The notes under the pieces are model-generated. The model searched no databases. It had not been told where the DNA came from and saw only the letters and a list, made by a program, of their open reading frames with translations. A stretch of DNA of 64,000 bases, from contig JASGLC010000003.1 of assembly GCA_047600425.1 (NCBI GenBank), positions 5,155,832 through 5,219,831 of the forward strand, written 5' to 3'. Position 1 is the stretch's first letter. Each line of letters begins with the position of its first letter. Made by a program: the position numbers and the translations under genes. This DNA comes from Kofleriaceae bacterium (GTDB taxonomy: Bacteria; Myxococcota_A; Polyangia; Haliangiales; Haliangiaceae). Below, piece by piece: positions 36,576 through 48,320 of the stretch.

Positions 36576-39500
36576 CTAAGCCCTGGAACGTTCGACAGTT
36601 ACGTCGTGGTCGTTGTGCGACGTGCCATGGACGCCCGAGATGATCTGATCGACCAACTCCTCGGGAACGCGGACATGGGCGTGCGAATCGCGCAGGCTGA
36701 CCGACCCGATCCGCCCGGTGTCACCACCGATCGGACCCGCGAGCAGCGAGCGGAGATCGTCCGCCGACACGCCGTGCTTCTTGCCGAGTGACACGAACAG
36801 GCGCGCCTGGCTGCCGTCACCGGCCGCCGCGGGCGTCACGATCGTGTCGCGCTTGCCGCGGCCCTCGGACTTCGCCTCGGACTTCTTGTCGGACTTGTCC
36901 GTGGCTTTGTCCGCCGACTTCTCCGAGCGATCCGACTTCTCCGACTTCTTGTCGTCGCGACCCTTCTTGCCACCGCGATCACGGCCGCGGTCTTTACCGC
37001 CACGACCGCCACGGCTCGAGCGCTTGGTCTCGCCCTCGTCCGCGTCATCATCGGCGGCGGCTTCGACCGGCGCTTCGGCTTTCGCTTCCGCCTTGGGCGC
37101 GGGCGCAGGTGCTTCGGCCTTCGTCGACTTGTTGTCGGCCCAGGTCTCCCAGAACTCGCGCGTTGCTTCGGTCGGCTCGCTGCGCTTCTTGTCGCGCTTG
37201 CGATCGCCACCACGCTCGAGTGCGCGCGCCGCGACGTCATCGACCTTCGTCGCGGTCTGCGACGTATCGGTCAACGTTTCGGCCAACGCCGGCGATCCCG
37301 CGGTCACGGTCTCGGTCGCTGCAGCGACTTCGCTGCCGCGCTCGGCGCGCTCGCCACGATCGTTACGATCGCTGCGGTCACGGTCGCGGTCACGGCCGCG
37401 ATCACGGTCACGGCCACGGTCGCGGTCGAAGCGACGCTCGCCACGATCGCCGCGATCGCCACGGTCGCGATCGAACGAACGCTCGCCACGGTTCTCGGTC
37501 GACGCCGGCGCTTCGGCCGTCGTGTCGGTCACCGGGGCAGGGGACTCGGCCGAGGCGACGACTTCCGTCATCGTCGTATCGACGACCGGAATCGTGTCGT
37601 TGCGCTCGTGCCGATCACGACGCTCGCCGCGATCCCGATCGAACCGACGGCCGCGATCACCGCGATCCCGGTCGAACGACCGCTCGCCACGATCGCCTTC
37701 GGGACGATCGCTGCGCTCACCACGCTCGCCACGCTCGCCGCGATCACGATCGAAGCGACGCTCGCCACGATCGCCTTCGGGACGGTCACCGCGTTCGCCA
37801 CGGTCGCGATCGAAGCGCGGACGGTCGCCGCCTTCGGTGCGCTCGCCGCGGTCACGGCCACGGTCGCGGTCGAACGAACGCTCGCCGCGCTCGCCACCTT
37901 CAGTGCGCTCGCCACGGTCACGGCCACGGTCGCGATCGAACGAACGCTCGCCGCGGTCACCGCCAGCGCCGCCTTCCGGACGGTCGCCGCGCTCACCACG
38001 CTCGCCACGGTCGCGATCGAAACGCGGACGATCACCACGGTCGCCGCGATCGAACGACCGCTCGCCGCGCTCGCCGTCCGGACGCTCACCGCGTTCGCCA
38101 CGCTCACCGCGCTCGCCGCCGCGGTCGCGATCGAACCGGCTGCCGCCGCGATCACGATCGAAGCGACCTCCACGGTCACCGCGATCGAACGACCGCTCGC
38201 CGCGCTCGCCGCCTTCGCCGCGCTCTTCATCACGCTCGCGACGCGGGCGCGGGCCCTGCGTACGCGTGGTGATCGCGTTGAGCTTCTCCGCAACGAGCTG
38301 CGCGAGCACGCGCTTGCCGTTGCTGGTGCGCAGCAGCTTCTCGAAGATCTGCGCCTCGAGGTCGCTCGCCGTGCCGGTGACACCACGGATCAGGATCTGG
38401 ACCGGGTCCGGCGGGGTCGGCGTGCCGATCGGCGGCAGCGCTACCTTGAGCTTGCCCTCGAAGATGTCGTCCTTCGGGATCGACCGCTCTTCCGGCTTGA
38501 TGCCGAACTGGAGGCGGATGAACCGGAAGTTGCCGAGCTCGCGCGGGCCGACCATCGAGATGGCGGTGCCCTTCTTACCGGCGCGACCCGTACGACCCGT
38601 ACGGTGCACGTACACCTCGGGCGACTCCGGCACCGAGAAGTTGATCACGTGCGAGAGGTTCGAGATGTCGATGCCGCGCGCCGCGACGTCCGTGGCGCAC
38701 AGGAAGCGAAGGTTCTTCGCCTTCATCCGGCCCATGACGCGTTCGCGATCCGCTTGCGACAGGTCGCTCGACAGCGGCTCCGCGTCGAGGCCTTGCTTCT
38801 TCAAGAACCGCGCGACCATGTTGGTCTCGTCGCGCATGTTGCAGAAGATGATCGCGCTCTCCGGGTTTTCCGCGAAGATGATCTTCAGGAGGTCGCGGCT
38901 GCGCGCGATACCGCTGACGATGTAGTACGCGTGGTGGATGTCCGAGACCGTCTGGCTGTCACGCGACAGCGAGAGGTTCTCGGCACCCTTCATGTGGCGC
39001 TTCGCGTAGCGCTCGACTTCGACGGGCATCGTCGCCGAGAACAGCAGCGTCTGATGCTTCTCGGGCAGGAACGACGTGACGCGCTCGATGTCCTCGAGGA
39101 AACCCATCGAGAGCATCTCGTCGCATTCGTCGAGGACGAACGTCTGGATCGTCTTGCAGTCGAGCGTGCGGCGACCGATGTGGTCGAGCACGCGGCCCGG
39201 CGTACCGACGATGATGTGGACGCCGTCCTTGAGCGCGTTGATCTGCTTACCGATCGGCGCGCCGCCGTACACGGCTTCGATGATCACGCCGCGGTGCTTG
39301 CCGAGCTGCGTGAGCTCGCGCGCGACCTGGAGTGCGAGCTCGCGGGTCGGGCACAGGATCAGTGCTTGCGGCTGGCGAACCGCCGGGACGATCCGGTTGA
39401 CGAGCGGTAGACCGAACGCGGTGGTCTTGCCGGTACCGGTACGAGATTGGACGAGAAGATCTTTGCCTTCGCTGACCGGCGTGAACACGGCCTTCTGCAC

Positions 39501-39716
39501 CGGCGTCGGCGCGAAGTAGCCCATGTCATCGAGCGCGGCCTTCACATCTTGGTGAAGTCCCGGCAGATCATCGAAGCTCGGGGGCTTTTCGGCCGCCGGT
39601 TCCTCTGCCGTTTCAGCAGTGGCTTCGATCGGAGAGTCGGTCGTGATCGCTGCGATCAGCGCAGCATCGGTCTCTTGCGCCGAACCATTCTCGGTCGGCG
39701 TCGTTCCATTTGTCAT
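36576..39716 (-). CDS. DEAD-box ATP-dependent RNA helicase with a long RG/RD/RE-rich repetitive insert and C-terminal DbpA-type RNA-binding domain.
   Basis: Q-motif and motif I (GYFAPTPVQ...SRTGTGKTAAF). DEAD (VLDECDEM), SAT, HRTGRTGRAG. ~450 aa of RGERSFDRDRGRDRGERTEGG-type repeats. The C-terminus RLFVSLGKKHGVSADDLRSLLAG...GRIGSVSLRDSHAHVRVPEELVDQI is a DbpA/DeaD RBD. Confidence 0.9.
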   Translation of the reverse strand: MTNGTTPTENGSAQETDAALIAAITTDSPIEATAETAEEPAAEKPPSFDDLPGLHQDVKAALDDMGYFAPTPVQKAVFTPVSEGKDLLVQSRTGTGKTTAFGLPLVNRIVPAVRQPQALILCPTRELALQVARELTQLGKHRGVIIEAVYGGAPIGKQINALKDGVHIIVGTPGRVLDHIGRRTLDCKTIQTFVLDECDEMLSMGFLEDIERVTSFLPEKHQTLLFSATMPVEVERYAKRHMKGAENLSLSRDSQTVSDIHHAYYIVSGIARSRDLLKIIFAENPESAIIFCNMRDETNMVARFLKKQGLDAEPLSSDLSQADRERVMGRMKAKNLRFLCATDVAARGIDISNLSHVINFSVPESPEVYVHRTGRTGRAGKKGTAISMVGPRELGNFRFIRLQFGIKPEERSIPKDDIFEGKLKVALPPIGTPTPPDPVQILIRGVTGTASDLEAQIFEKLLRTSNGKRVLAQLVAEKLNAITTRTQGPRPRRERDEERGEGGERGERSFDRGDRGGRFDRDRGGSRFDRDRGGERGERGERGERPDGERGERSFDRGDRGDRPRFDRDRGERGERGDRPEGGAGGDRGERSFDRDRGRDRGERTEGGERGERSFDRDRGRDRGERTEGGDRPRFDRDRGERGDRPEGDRGERRFDRDRGERGERGERSDRPEGDRGERSFDRDRGDRGRRFDRDRGERRDRHERNDTIPVVDTTMTEVVASAESPAPVTDTTAEAPASTENRGERSFDRDRGDRGDRGERRFDRDRGRDRDRGRDRDRDRSDRNDRGERAERGSEVAAATETVTAGSPALAETLTDTSQTATKVDDVAARALERGGDRKRDKKRSEPTEATREFWETWADNKSTKAEAPAPAPKAEAKAEAPVEAAADDDADEGETKRSSRGGRGGKDRGRDRGGKKGRDDKKSEKSDRSEKSADKATDKSDKKSEAKSEGRGKRDTIVTPAAAGDGSQARLFVSLGKKHGVSADDLRSLLAGPIGGDTGRIGSVSLRDSHAHVRVPEELVDQIISGVHGTSHNDHDVTVERSRA
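36980..38270 (-). repeat. Intragenic tandem codon repeats encoding the RGERSFDRDRG(D/E)RGE... low-complexity region of the helicase.
   Basis: Repeated cgatcgaa(c/g)cgacg(c/g)tcgcc... units are visible at the DNA level. They generate long spurious antisense ORFs (36718..38925+, 36788..38272+). Confidence 0.8.
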
Positions 39717-39921
39717 TTCGCGAAACTTTCAGTTTGGAATCCCCGAGATCGTCCAGTCGGGCAACTGGTCGGAGCGCGGAGCCTGGATTCGCCGGGACTA
39801 AACGACGTCGTTTATCGCGGCCGGGCGTGGCGCTGTCGATGCAAAGCTGTTTTTCGAGCGGAAACACGGTGTCCTAGTTTGGGCGGACCATAGTCCTGGC
39901 CCGAACCCCGGTCAAGCGCCA

Positions 39922-41688
39922 TCAGTCTCTGGGCAGACCCAACCGAAGGCCGCCGGTGTCGTCGGTGGTCGCGTTGCCGATCAATTGCGCCGGAATCGTG
40001 CAATTCGCGGGCGGGTAGGGCACCTGGTCGCACAGGCTAGTGTCCGCCGAGATCTGGAACACGCGCAGCTCGCCGCCGGAAATCTTCAGGTTGTTCTTGT
40101 CCGTGATCGTCCCGTGGAGGAACGCGGTGTCCGGGAGTTGGGTCTGCGGCAACGCCAGCGACGTGAGCGTGACCTCGCGCGGCAGCTCGACATCCCCGAC
40201 GGTGTACGTGGCCGCGGTCGAGCCCGACGTCTGATCGAACGATACGTCGTAATGCCCCCACACGCCGGCGACCAGCAGATCGACGTAGACGATGAAGTCG
40301 CCGGCGTCGTCGGTGTTCGCGGTCGCGGCCGGGATTTCGGCCAAGAACGATGCCGCGTCGTCGAGCTCGCTCCATTGGAACCGCAGAGATGGCTTCGCGG
40401 TCACCGATAGCGCCTTCGCGGGTTGGCCCGCGGCGTCGACGATCCGTCCCGACAACGCGACGCGCGCCGGCAATCGGACATCCGGGATTGCACTCAGCAT
40501 CGTCGAATCGATGTCTTGATCGAACACCACACCGAGATCCGAGCCCGCCGGTGGAATCACGCGCATCGTGTAATGGAACGCGCTGCCGTCGAGCAACGCG
40601 AGCTCGACGTCGCCGGTGTCGAGCGTGGTTCCTTGTGCCGTGAACGTCGCGTCGGCGCTGTCATGGAGCAGCGAGTCGACCTCGGCGGTCACCGTGACCT
40701 TCGCACCGGCAACGGGATTGACCGAGCCATCGCCGGACAGACCCTCGATATGGATCTTCGACGTCACCATTTCGCCGACGTCGGCGGGCTGGGTTAGTGG
40801 GTGCACCCCGGACTTCGCGTCGAGGCCGGGAAACGTCAGCGTCGGCGCGGTGACGCCAGAACCATACGGCGTCGCGACGATCGAGATCGTACCGACGATG
40901 TTGTCGCTCAGCGTCAGCGAGTACGTGCCGGTCGTGGTGTACGCGACGGTCGAGACATCGGTGACCGCGCCGAGTGGATCGAGCTTGCCGCGCGCGACGA
41001 CGCGATAGCGCGTGAGTGGCCGATTCGCGCTGTCGCTCACGGTGCCCGTGATCACCGGCGACGTCTTCGAGCCGAGGACGATCGTGCCGACGCTGATGTC
41101 GGTCGTCGGCGAGCGTTCGAACGCGACCGTCGGCGACAGCTCGGCCGCCGAGGTTCCACCGTTCTGAGGTGGTTGCGGGCCATTCCCCGTCGGCACGACC
41201 GTGATCACGTACGGCGGATCGCCATCGTGACTGCGCGGGACGAACGCGGTGAACGAGTTGTTGCCACGACTCAGGCCTTCGGTGGCAGAGACCGAGCTCG
41301 TGAACCCGGTCCCGCCGGCAAACAGCGGTGCGCGGGTGATCACGACCGTCGCGGCCACCGATTCTTGCGAGCACGTCGCCTGATCCGGGCAGTACGCTTC
41401 GATCCGTCCGGTGATCCGGACCGGCGCCTCGATCTGGAGCGTGCCGAAATCCCCGTTCTCGGGCAGCGTCAGGTTCGCGATCTCGTTCGCGATCAGATCC
41501 GGACGCAACGCCGGAGGCACGATCACCGCGCCGAACGTGCCACTCGGCGGACCGCCGTAGCATTGATTCGCCGAGCAGACCTCGCCCATCGCCGTGTTGC
41601 AGTCGCTGTTCACCGTGCACTCCGGGGCCGGCGGCTCCGGAATCGTGATGCAGCCTGCAAGGCAGGTGATGGCGAGCGCGCGCAGCAT
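39922..41688 (-). CDS. Large secreted lipoprotein with Cys-rich N-terminal module and beta-rich repeats (Ig or carboxypeptidase-regulatory-like).
   Basis: Start placed at ATG 41688 (MLRALAITCLAGC, lipobox), overlapping the upstream stop (TGATG). CTVNSDCNTAMGEVCSANQCYG, then long Thr/Val/Gly-rich beta segments. The ORF-track N-terminal 150 aa are likely non-coding. Confidence 0.55.
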   Translation of the reverse strand: MLRALAITCLAGCITIPEPPAPECTVNSDCNTAMGEVCSANQCYGGPPSGTFGAVIVPPALRPDLIANEIANLTLPENGDFGTLQIEAPVRITGRIEAYCPDQATCSQESVAATVVITRAPLFAGGTGFTSSVSATEGLSRGNNSFTAFVPRSHDGDPPYVITVVPTGNGPQPPQNGGTSAAELSPTVAFERSPTTDISVGTIVLGSKTSPVITGTVSDSANRPLTRYRVVARGKLDPLGAVTDVSTVAYTTTGTYSLTLSDNIVGTISIVATPYGSGVTAPTLTFPGLDAKSGVHPLTQPADVGEMVTSKIHIEGLSGDGSVNPVAGAKVTVTAEVDSLLHDSADATFTAQGTTLDTGDVELALLDGSAFHYTMRVIPPAGSDLGVVFDQDIDSTMLSAIPDVRLPARVALSGRIVDAAGQPAKALSVTAKPSLRFQWSELDDAASFLAEIPAATANTDDAGDFIVYVDLLVAGVWGHYDVSFDQTSGSTAATYTVGDVELPREVTLTSLALPQTQLPDTAFLHGTITDKNNLKISGGELRVFQISADTSLCDQVPYPPANCTIPAQLIGNATTDDTGGLRLGLPRD

Positions 41689-42215
41689 CAGTTCACGCAG
41701 TTCACCTGGTAGGTGCGCGTCGTCGATTGGCCGCCGGCGGGAATCGTCTTGCTCGTGTCGATCGGTTCGCGATCGAACACCACGATCTCGACCAGGTGCG
41801 TGATTTGCGCATCGCTCTGCAGGCACAGGTTCGCGAGCGAGCAGGTCGTCGTGCGATATGCGGTGCCGTTCGATGCGGCCGTCGGACAGATCGAACGCGG
41901 CGCGGTCGGGTTTTGCAGCGTGTAGTCGAAGTATACGCGGGCGTAGAGCGCGTCGTCGACATCCGTATCGAGCAGCGTCAGCGTGACCGTTTGATCCTGG
42001 GCATTCGGCGCCGTCGCGAACGTCACCGGCCCGGGCTCGACCAGCTCCTGCATGTCGGACGTGACCTTGTAGATCGACGGCGGCGAATCGACGCCCGCAT
42101 CTTGGACATCGACCGACAGCGACGGCGGGATGATGCAACCCACGCCGAATAGGCTACCGCCGACCGCCACGATCACTGCGCGACGCAGATCACTAGTTCT
42201 CGGGTGGCGCGCCAT
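41688..42215 (-). CDS. Small lipoprotein.
   Basis: Start at ATG 42215 ([27 protein letters not shown], lipobox GVGC). ~175 aa. The C-terminus has 4 Cys. Overlaps the EBP stop by 23 nt. Confidence 0.5.
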   Translation of the reverse strand: MARHPRTSDLRRAVIVAVGGSLFGVGCIIPPSLSVDVQDAGVDSPPSIYKVTSDMQELVEPGPVTFATAPNAQDQTVTLTLLDTDVDDALYARVYFDYTLQNPTAPRSICPTAASNGTAYRTTTCSLANLCLQSDAQITHLVEIVVFDREPIDTSKTIPAGGQSTTRTYQVNCVN

Positions 42216-43995
42216 CTTCGCCTTCCTTTTCGAGATGACGAAACACCGTGCGCGGATCCACACCGAGGTCGCGCGCGGTCTTCGTCCGGTTGCCGTTGTT
42301 GAGCGCGAGCACCTCGTTGATGTAGTCGCGCTGGAACTTGTCCTTGGCCTCGGCGAGCGTGAGGATCGTCGGCAACGCATCGCCGGTGAGATCGAGATCG
42401 TCCGGCCCGATCATCGTCGAGTCGCACAGCACGATCGCCTTCTTGATCCGGTTCTCGAGCTCGCGAATGTTGCCGGGCCAGTTGTGCTTACGGATCGCGA
42501 CCGCGGCGTTCGGCGACAGGCCCTTCACCTTGCTGTCGTACTCGCGCGCGTAGCGAGAGATCAGGTAGCGCGCGATCACCGTGATGTCGTCGCCGCGCAC
42601 GCGCAGCGGCGGCAGCTCGACGTTCACCACGTTCAACCGATAGTAGAGGTCTTCGCGGAACCGACCGCCCTGGATCTCCTTCTCGAGATCGCGGTTCGTC
42701 GCCGCGAGGATGCGGATGTCGCACGCCTCGGGCCGCGTATCGCCGACGCGAAACACGACGCGCTCCTGCAACGCGCGCAGGATCTTGACCTGGAGCTCGA
42801 TCGGCATCTCGCCGATTTCGTCGAGGAACAGCGTGCCGCCATCGGCCGCTTGAAACTTGCCCTGCTTGTTGGAGACCGCGCCGGTGAACGCGCCCTTCAC
42901 GTGACCGAACAGCTCACTCTCGAGCAGGTTCTCGGGAATCGCGCCGCAGTTGATCGTGATGAACGGCTTGCCCGCGCGCGGCGAGCGATTGTGGATCTCG
43001 CGCGCGATCAACTCCTTGCCGGTGCCGGTCTCGCCGGTGATCAGCACCGAGATGTCGGTCGGTGCGATCTTCTCGACCTTCCGAAACACCGCCTGCATCG
43101 GCGGCGACGTGCCGACGATCTCGCCGAACCGGAACTGTTCGAGCCGCTCGTTCAAGCGCTTGTTGTCGATCCGCAGCTCGTTGAGCAGCAGCGCGTTCGA
43201 CACGATCAACGCGGCCTGCGACGCGAACACCGTCAGCACGCGTAGCGTCTCGTCTTGGAATAGGTCGCGGATCGAGTCGTTGCCGACATAGATCAGGCCG
43301 AGCAACCGCCCGCGATCGAGCAGCGGGACGCAGATCACCGACGACACCTTGAGGTGCATCACGGACTTTGCCGCGGCGAACTCGTCGTCGTGCATCGCAT
43401 CCGAAATGATGACGGGCTTTCGCGACCGGACCACCTTTGCAATGATCGAGTCGGAGAGCTGCGAAATCGCATCCGCGATGTTCTCGCGGTTGAGGTTTCT
43501 TGCCACTTTGATGTCGAGCGTCTCGCCCTCGGCGAGGATCAGGAACCCCTTGTCCGCGTTCGTGATCTGGATGACCGCATCCATCAACGCGTCGAGGAGC
43601 TCGGTCAGATCGCGGACGTGCATCAGGCGATCGCTGAACTCGTAGAGCTTCGTGTACGCGTCGAGATCCGCGACCGTCTTCGCCGCTTCTTCCTCGACGA
43701 CCGGCGCCTGCTCGTCGACCATCGCGAACCGCAGCTCGACGGAGCCGATCACGAGTCGCTCGTCATGCGTCAGCTTGTGCTTGCTGCGCTTCTTGCCGTT
43801 GACGACGAACTCGGTCTTCTTCGGCGCGAACACCGTGTAGGTCTGACCGTCGAAGTGAACCGCGAAGCCGTCGACGACGAGCGGATCCGGCAACACGATG
43901 TCGTTGTCGGGCCCGGAGCCGAGCGACGTGATCTTCTTGTGGAGGTGATACACGGTGGGCGAACGGCCCGGGGCGGTTAGGCGTAACGACGGCAT
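42193..43995 (-). CDS. Sigma-54-dependent transcriptional activator with FHA and GAF sensory domains.
   Basis: Start at ATG 43995 ([38 protein letters not shown]-like), overlapping the upstream stop (TAATG). GAF-like middle region. AAA+ core with [14 protein letters not shown] ([14 protein letters not shown]), Walker [10 protein letters not shown]-terminal HTH. Confidence 0.8.
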   Translation of the reverse strand: MPSLRLTAPGRSPTVYHLHKKITSLGSGPDNDIVLPDPLVVDGFAVHFDGQTYTVFAPKKTEFVVNGKKRSKHKLTHDERLVIGSVELRFAMVDEQAPVVEEEAAKTVADLDAYTKLYEFSDRLMHVRDLTELLDALMDAVIQITNADKGFLILAEGETLDIKVARNLNRENIADAISQLSDSIIAKVVRSRKPVIISDAMHDDEFAAAKSVMHLKVSSVICVPLLDRGRLLGLIYVGNDSIRDLFQDETLRVLTVFASQAALIVSNALLLNELRIDNKRLNERLEQFRFGEIVGTSPPMQAVFRKVEKIAPTDISVLITGETGTGKELIAREIHNRSPRAGKPFITINCGAIPENLLESELFGHVKGAFTGAVSNKQGKFQAADGGTLFLDEIGEMPIELQVKILRALQERVVFRVGDTRPEACDIRILAATNRDLEKEIQGGRFREDLYYRLNVVNVELPPLRVRGDDITVIARYLISRYAREYDSKVKGLSPNAAVAIRKHNWPGNIRELENRIKKAIVLCDSTMIGPDDLDLTGDALPTILTLAEAKDKFQRDYINEVLALNNGNRTKTARDLGVDPRTVFRHLEKEGEDGAPPEN

Positions 43996-44860
43996 TAGTG
44001 CTCCCACGAAAGGCCGATGCCGGCGCCATCGGGCGTGAACATCGGCAGGACATGAAACGAGGTTTTCGGCGCGGGCCGCTTCTTCGTCGAATCCGGCTTC
44101 AACAGGCCGCGTAGCTCGGGCGGCAGCACGGACTCGTCGATCTCGACGCGCGTCTGGGGCGTGAAGTTCAAGTACGCGTCGACGGCGCCGAGCACCCACA
44201 AGCCGAGGAACGCGACGCCGGCGCCGATCTCGACTTGCTGCAGGCGCAGCACGCGGTTCGCATCTTCCGGGGCAACGCGGGTCGAGCGAATGCCGTACGT
44301 GTTGACGAGGTAGGCCCAGATCGCGGCGCTCGTGATCAGCGTGGTGCCTTCGGCGGCGGTGAAGAAGATGCCCTTGCCGATGTCCTTGTTCTGATACTGG
44401 CCGACGCCGAACGGCACGAAGTTCAGATAGAACTGGTGCGTCTCGACGCCGACGTACGACTCGCGCAGCTTCAACAATTCTGCGCGGCGCTTCTTCTCGG
44501 CTTCCGCGCGAATCCGCTCCTGCATGTCGAGGCGGGTTTCGTTGAACGCGTCGATCGCGGTGGAGTCGGTGACGATCAGCGGATCGATGCGGACGTTGGA
44601 GTTGACGAGGAGCGCCTGCTCGAACTCGCGGCGCGCGCCGGGTGTGTCGCCGGTCTCGTAGCGACATACACCCAACGCGAGATACGCCTCGGCAAGATCG
44701 GTGTCGCTCGCGAGCCGCGGTGGGGGCGGGTAGAGCAGCGAGTTGAAGAGCGGCAACGCGGACGAATATTGACCGCGCCGGTACGCGGCTCGGGCCGAGT
44801 CGAAATCGTCGCTGGGCGTCGCCGTGGCAACGCCGGTCAGAACCGCGAGCGAGAGGATGA

Positions 44861-44876
<16 letters not shown>
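43995..44876 (-). CDS. Secreted/membrane-associated protein with TPR-like N-terminal region.
   Basis: Signal MRSALIILSLAVLTGVATA. TPR-like AAYRRGQYSSALPLFNSLL...AEAYLALGVCRYETGD. A central hydrophobic stretch suggests a TM segment. 293 aa. Confidence 0.45.
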
Positions 44877-46666
<1,790 letters not shown>

Positions 46667-46843
46667 CTGACACAGATGTCAGGCACGGGCCCTGCCGTTC
46701 ATCGGACTCTAAGTTGACCAATAAGGTTGGCTAACTCCTAGAGTCTACGCTCGAAATCGCGACACCTACAAGCGACGGCCTCTGACTTAGATGGCGCTGT
46801 GCTTGACTTATGATCGCAGACCCAATAGATACACAGCCCTCCC

Positions 46844-46915
<72 letters not shown>

Positions 46916-46929
46916 CAAGCAGTTAGCGT

Positions 46930-48231
46930 ATGATGGAGCGAGTGCAGCGGCTCGCGTTGGTGGTCTGTTTACTGACCGCATGTCGATTCGCACCGGGGGA
47001 GACCGGTGGCGGCGACGACGACGGTTCTGGCAGCGATGCCGGGATCGACGGTGGTAGCGGCTCGGGCTCGAACGGCTCGAACGACGCGCCGACCTGCGGC
47101 AATCCCGGCTCGGTCCGCGACGACTTCAACGGCACCGTGATCGCGGACCAGTGGTACCAGTACAACCTGCGCGGCACGGTCAGCGAGACCAACCAGGCGC
47201 TGAGCATCACGCCGATCAACAACGACATGATGAACCGGTTCACCGGGGTCGAGAGCAAGAACGCGTTCGACATGCGGCGCGGGCAGGTCACCGTCGAGAT
47301 CACGCAGATGGTCGACAACTCGATGAAGGTCAGCGCCGGCCTCTACCTCGCGACGCCGACGGAGATCGCGTCGTTGGTCTACGCGCAAGGCATGGTGCAG
47401 GGCACCGTCGGCACGGCCAAGACCACGCCCGTCGCGTACGACGCCACGATGATGAAGTGGTGGCGGATCTCGAATGATGGCTCGCTGCTCCACTTCTGGA
47501 CATCGCCGGATGGCGTGACGTTTAACGAGCTCGGCGCGGGATTTCCCGTCGATTTTTCGATCGTCCACGTGTTCCTCGGCGGCAACTCGAGCCAGGACGG
47601 CAACGTTCACGGCACCGTGACGTTCGACAGCCTGAACCTCGACACGCCGGCGACGCCCTGGTGCAAGAGCCACACGTTCGTCGATCCGTTCATGCGCACG
47701 ACGGTCGGCGACAACTGGTACGCGATCGCCGGCGGCATGGGGCCGATGGGCTGCACGCCGACGGTGTCCGCGACCGGCGCGCAGTTCGCGACCCACGACA
47801 TGGCCGCGCGGTGCTGGCTGCAGACCGAAGAGGGCTTCGATCTGTCGAGTGATTACGTCACCGTCGATGTTCCGGCGATCGCGACACTGCCGACCAACTT
47901 CCAGGTGTTCCTGCGCGTGGTGTCTGACACCACGGCGAACGCGTTCCAGATCTACTTCCTCAACAATTTCGTGTGCGGGCAGCTCCAGTCGCTCGCGGTC
48001 GGATGCACGAGCTACGACTCGTCGAAGATGGAGTATTGGCGGATCGGGGAGAACAACCACACGCTGGCGTTCGAGACGAGCCCCGACAAGGTCACCTGGA
48101 CGAAGGTCATGCCCGACGCGACCGAGACCTCAGCGTTTTCGGTGAATTCGGTCCACGTCGAGATCGGCGTCGACGCGCCCACGAACAGCGACTTCACCCA
48201 GACGGTTAGCGGCTACAACACGGCCTTTTAG
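46930..48231 (+). CDS. Secreted lipoprotein with internally duplicated ~170-aa domain.
   Basis: Signal MMERVQRLALVVCLLTAC, followed by Gly/Ser/Asp linker. Two homologous halves (...MMKWWRISNDGSLLHFWTSPDGVTFNEL... and ...MEYWRIGENNHTLAFETSPDKVTWTKV...). No family recognised. Confidence 0.6.
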   Translation: MMERVQRLALVVCLLTACRFAPGETGGGDDDGSGSDAGIDGGSGSGSNGSNDAPTCGNPGSVRDDFNGTVIADQWYQYNLRGTVSETNQALSITPINNDMMNRFTGVESKNAFDMRRGQVTVEITQMVDNSMKVSAGLYLATPTEIASLVYAQGMVQGTVGTAKTTPVAYDATMMKWWRISNDGSLLHFWTSPDGVTFNELGAGFPVDFSIVHVFLGGNSSQDGNVHGTVTFDSLNLDTPATPWCKSHTFVDPFMRTTVGDNWYAIAGGMGPMGCTPTVSATGAQFATHDMAARCWLQTEEGFDLSSDYVTVDVPAIATLPTNFQVFLRVVSDTTANAFQIYFLNNFVCGQLQSLAVGCTSYDSSKMEYWRIGENNHTLAFETSPDKVTWTKVMPDATETSAFSVNSVHVEIGVDAPTNSDFTQTVSGYNTAF

Positions 48232-48320
48232 GGGTTCCACGAGACATCGGGGCCTGCATGTTGTACAAACACGCCCTGAATCAGGTCTCAGGAGATCCGC
48301 AGAAGCATGGTTTACGCACA

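Noticed and set aside
36718-38925. Long antisense ORFs (735 aa and 494 aa, + strand) inside the helicase gene.
   Set aside because: They are SR/RS/RD-rich low-complexity products of reading the RG/RD codon repeats in the wrong strand and frame. The helicase on the minus strand has complete conserved motifs.
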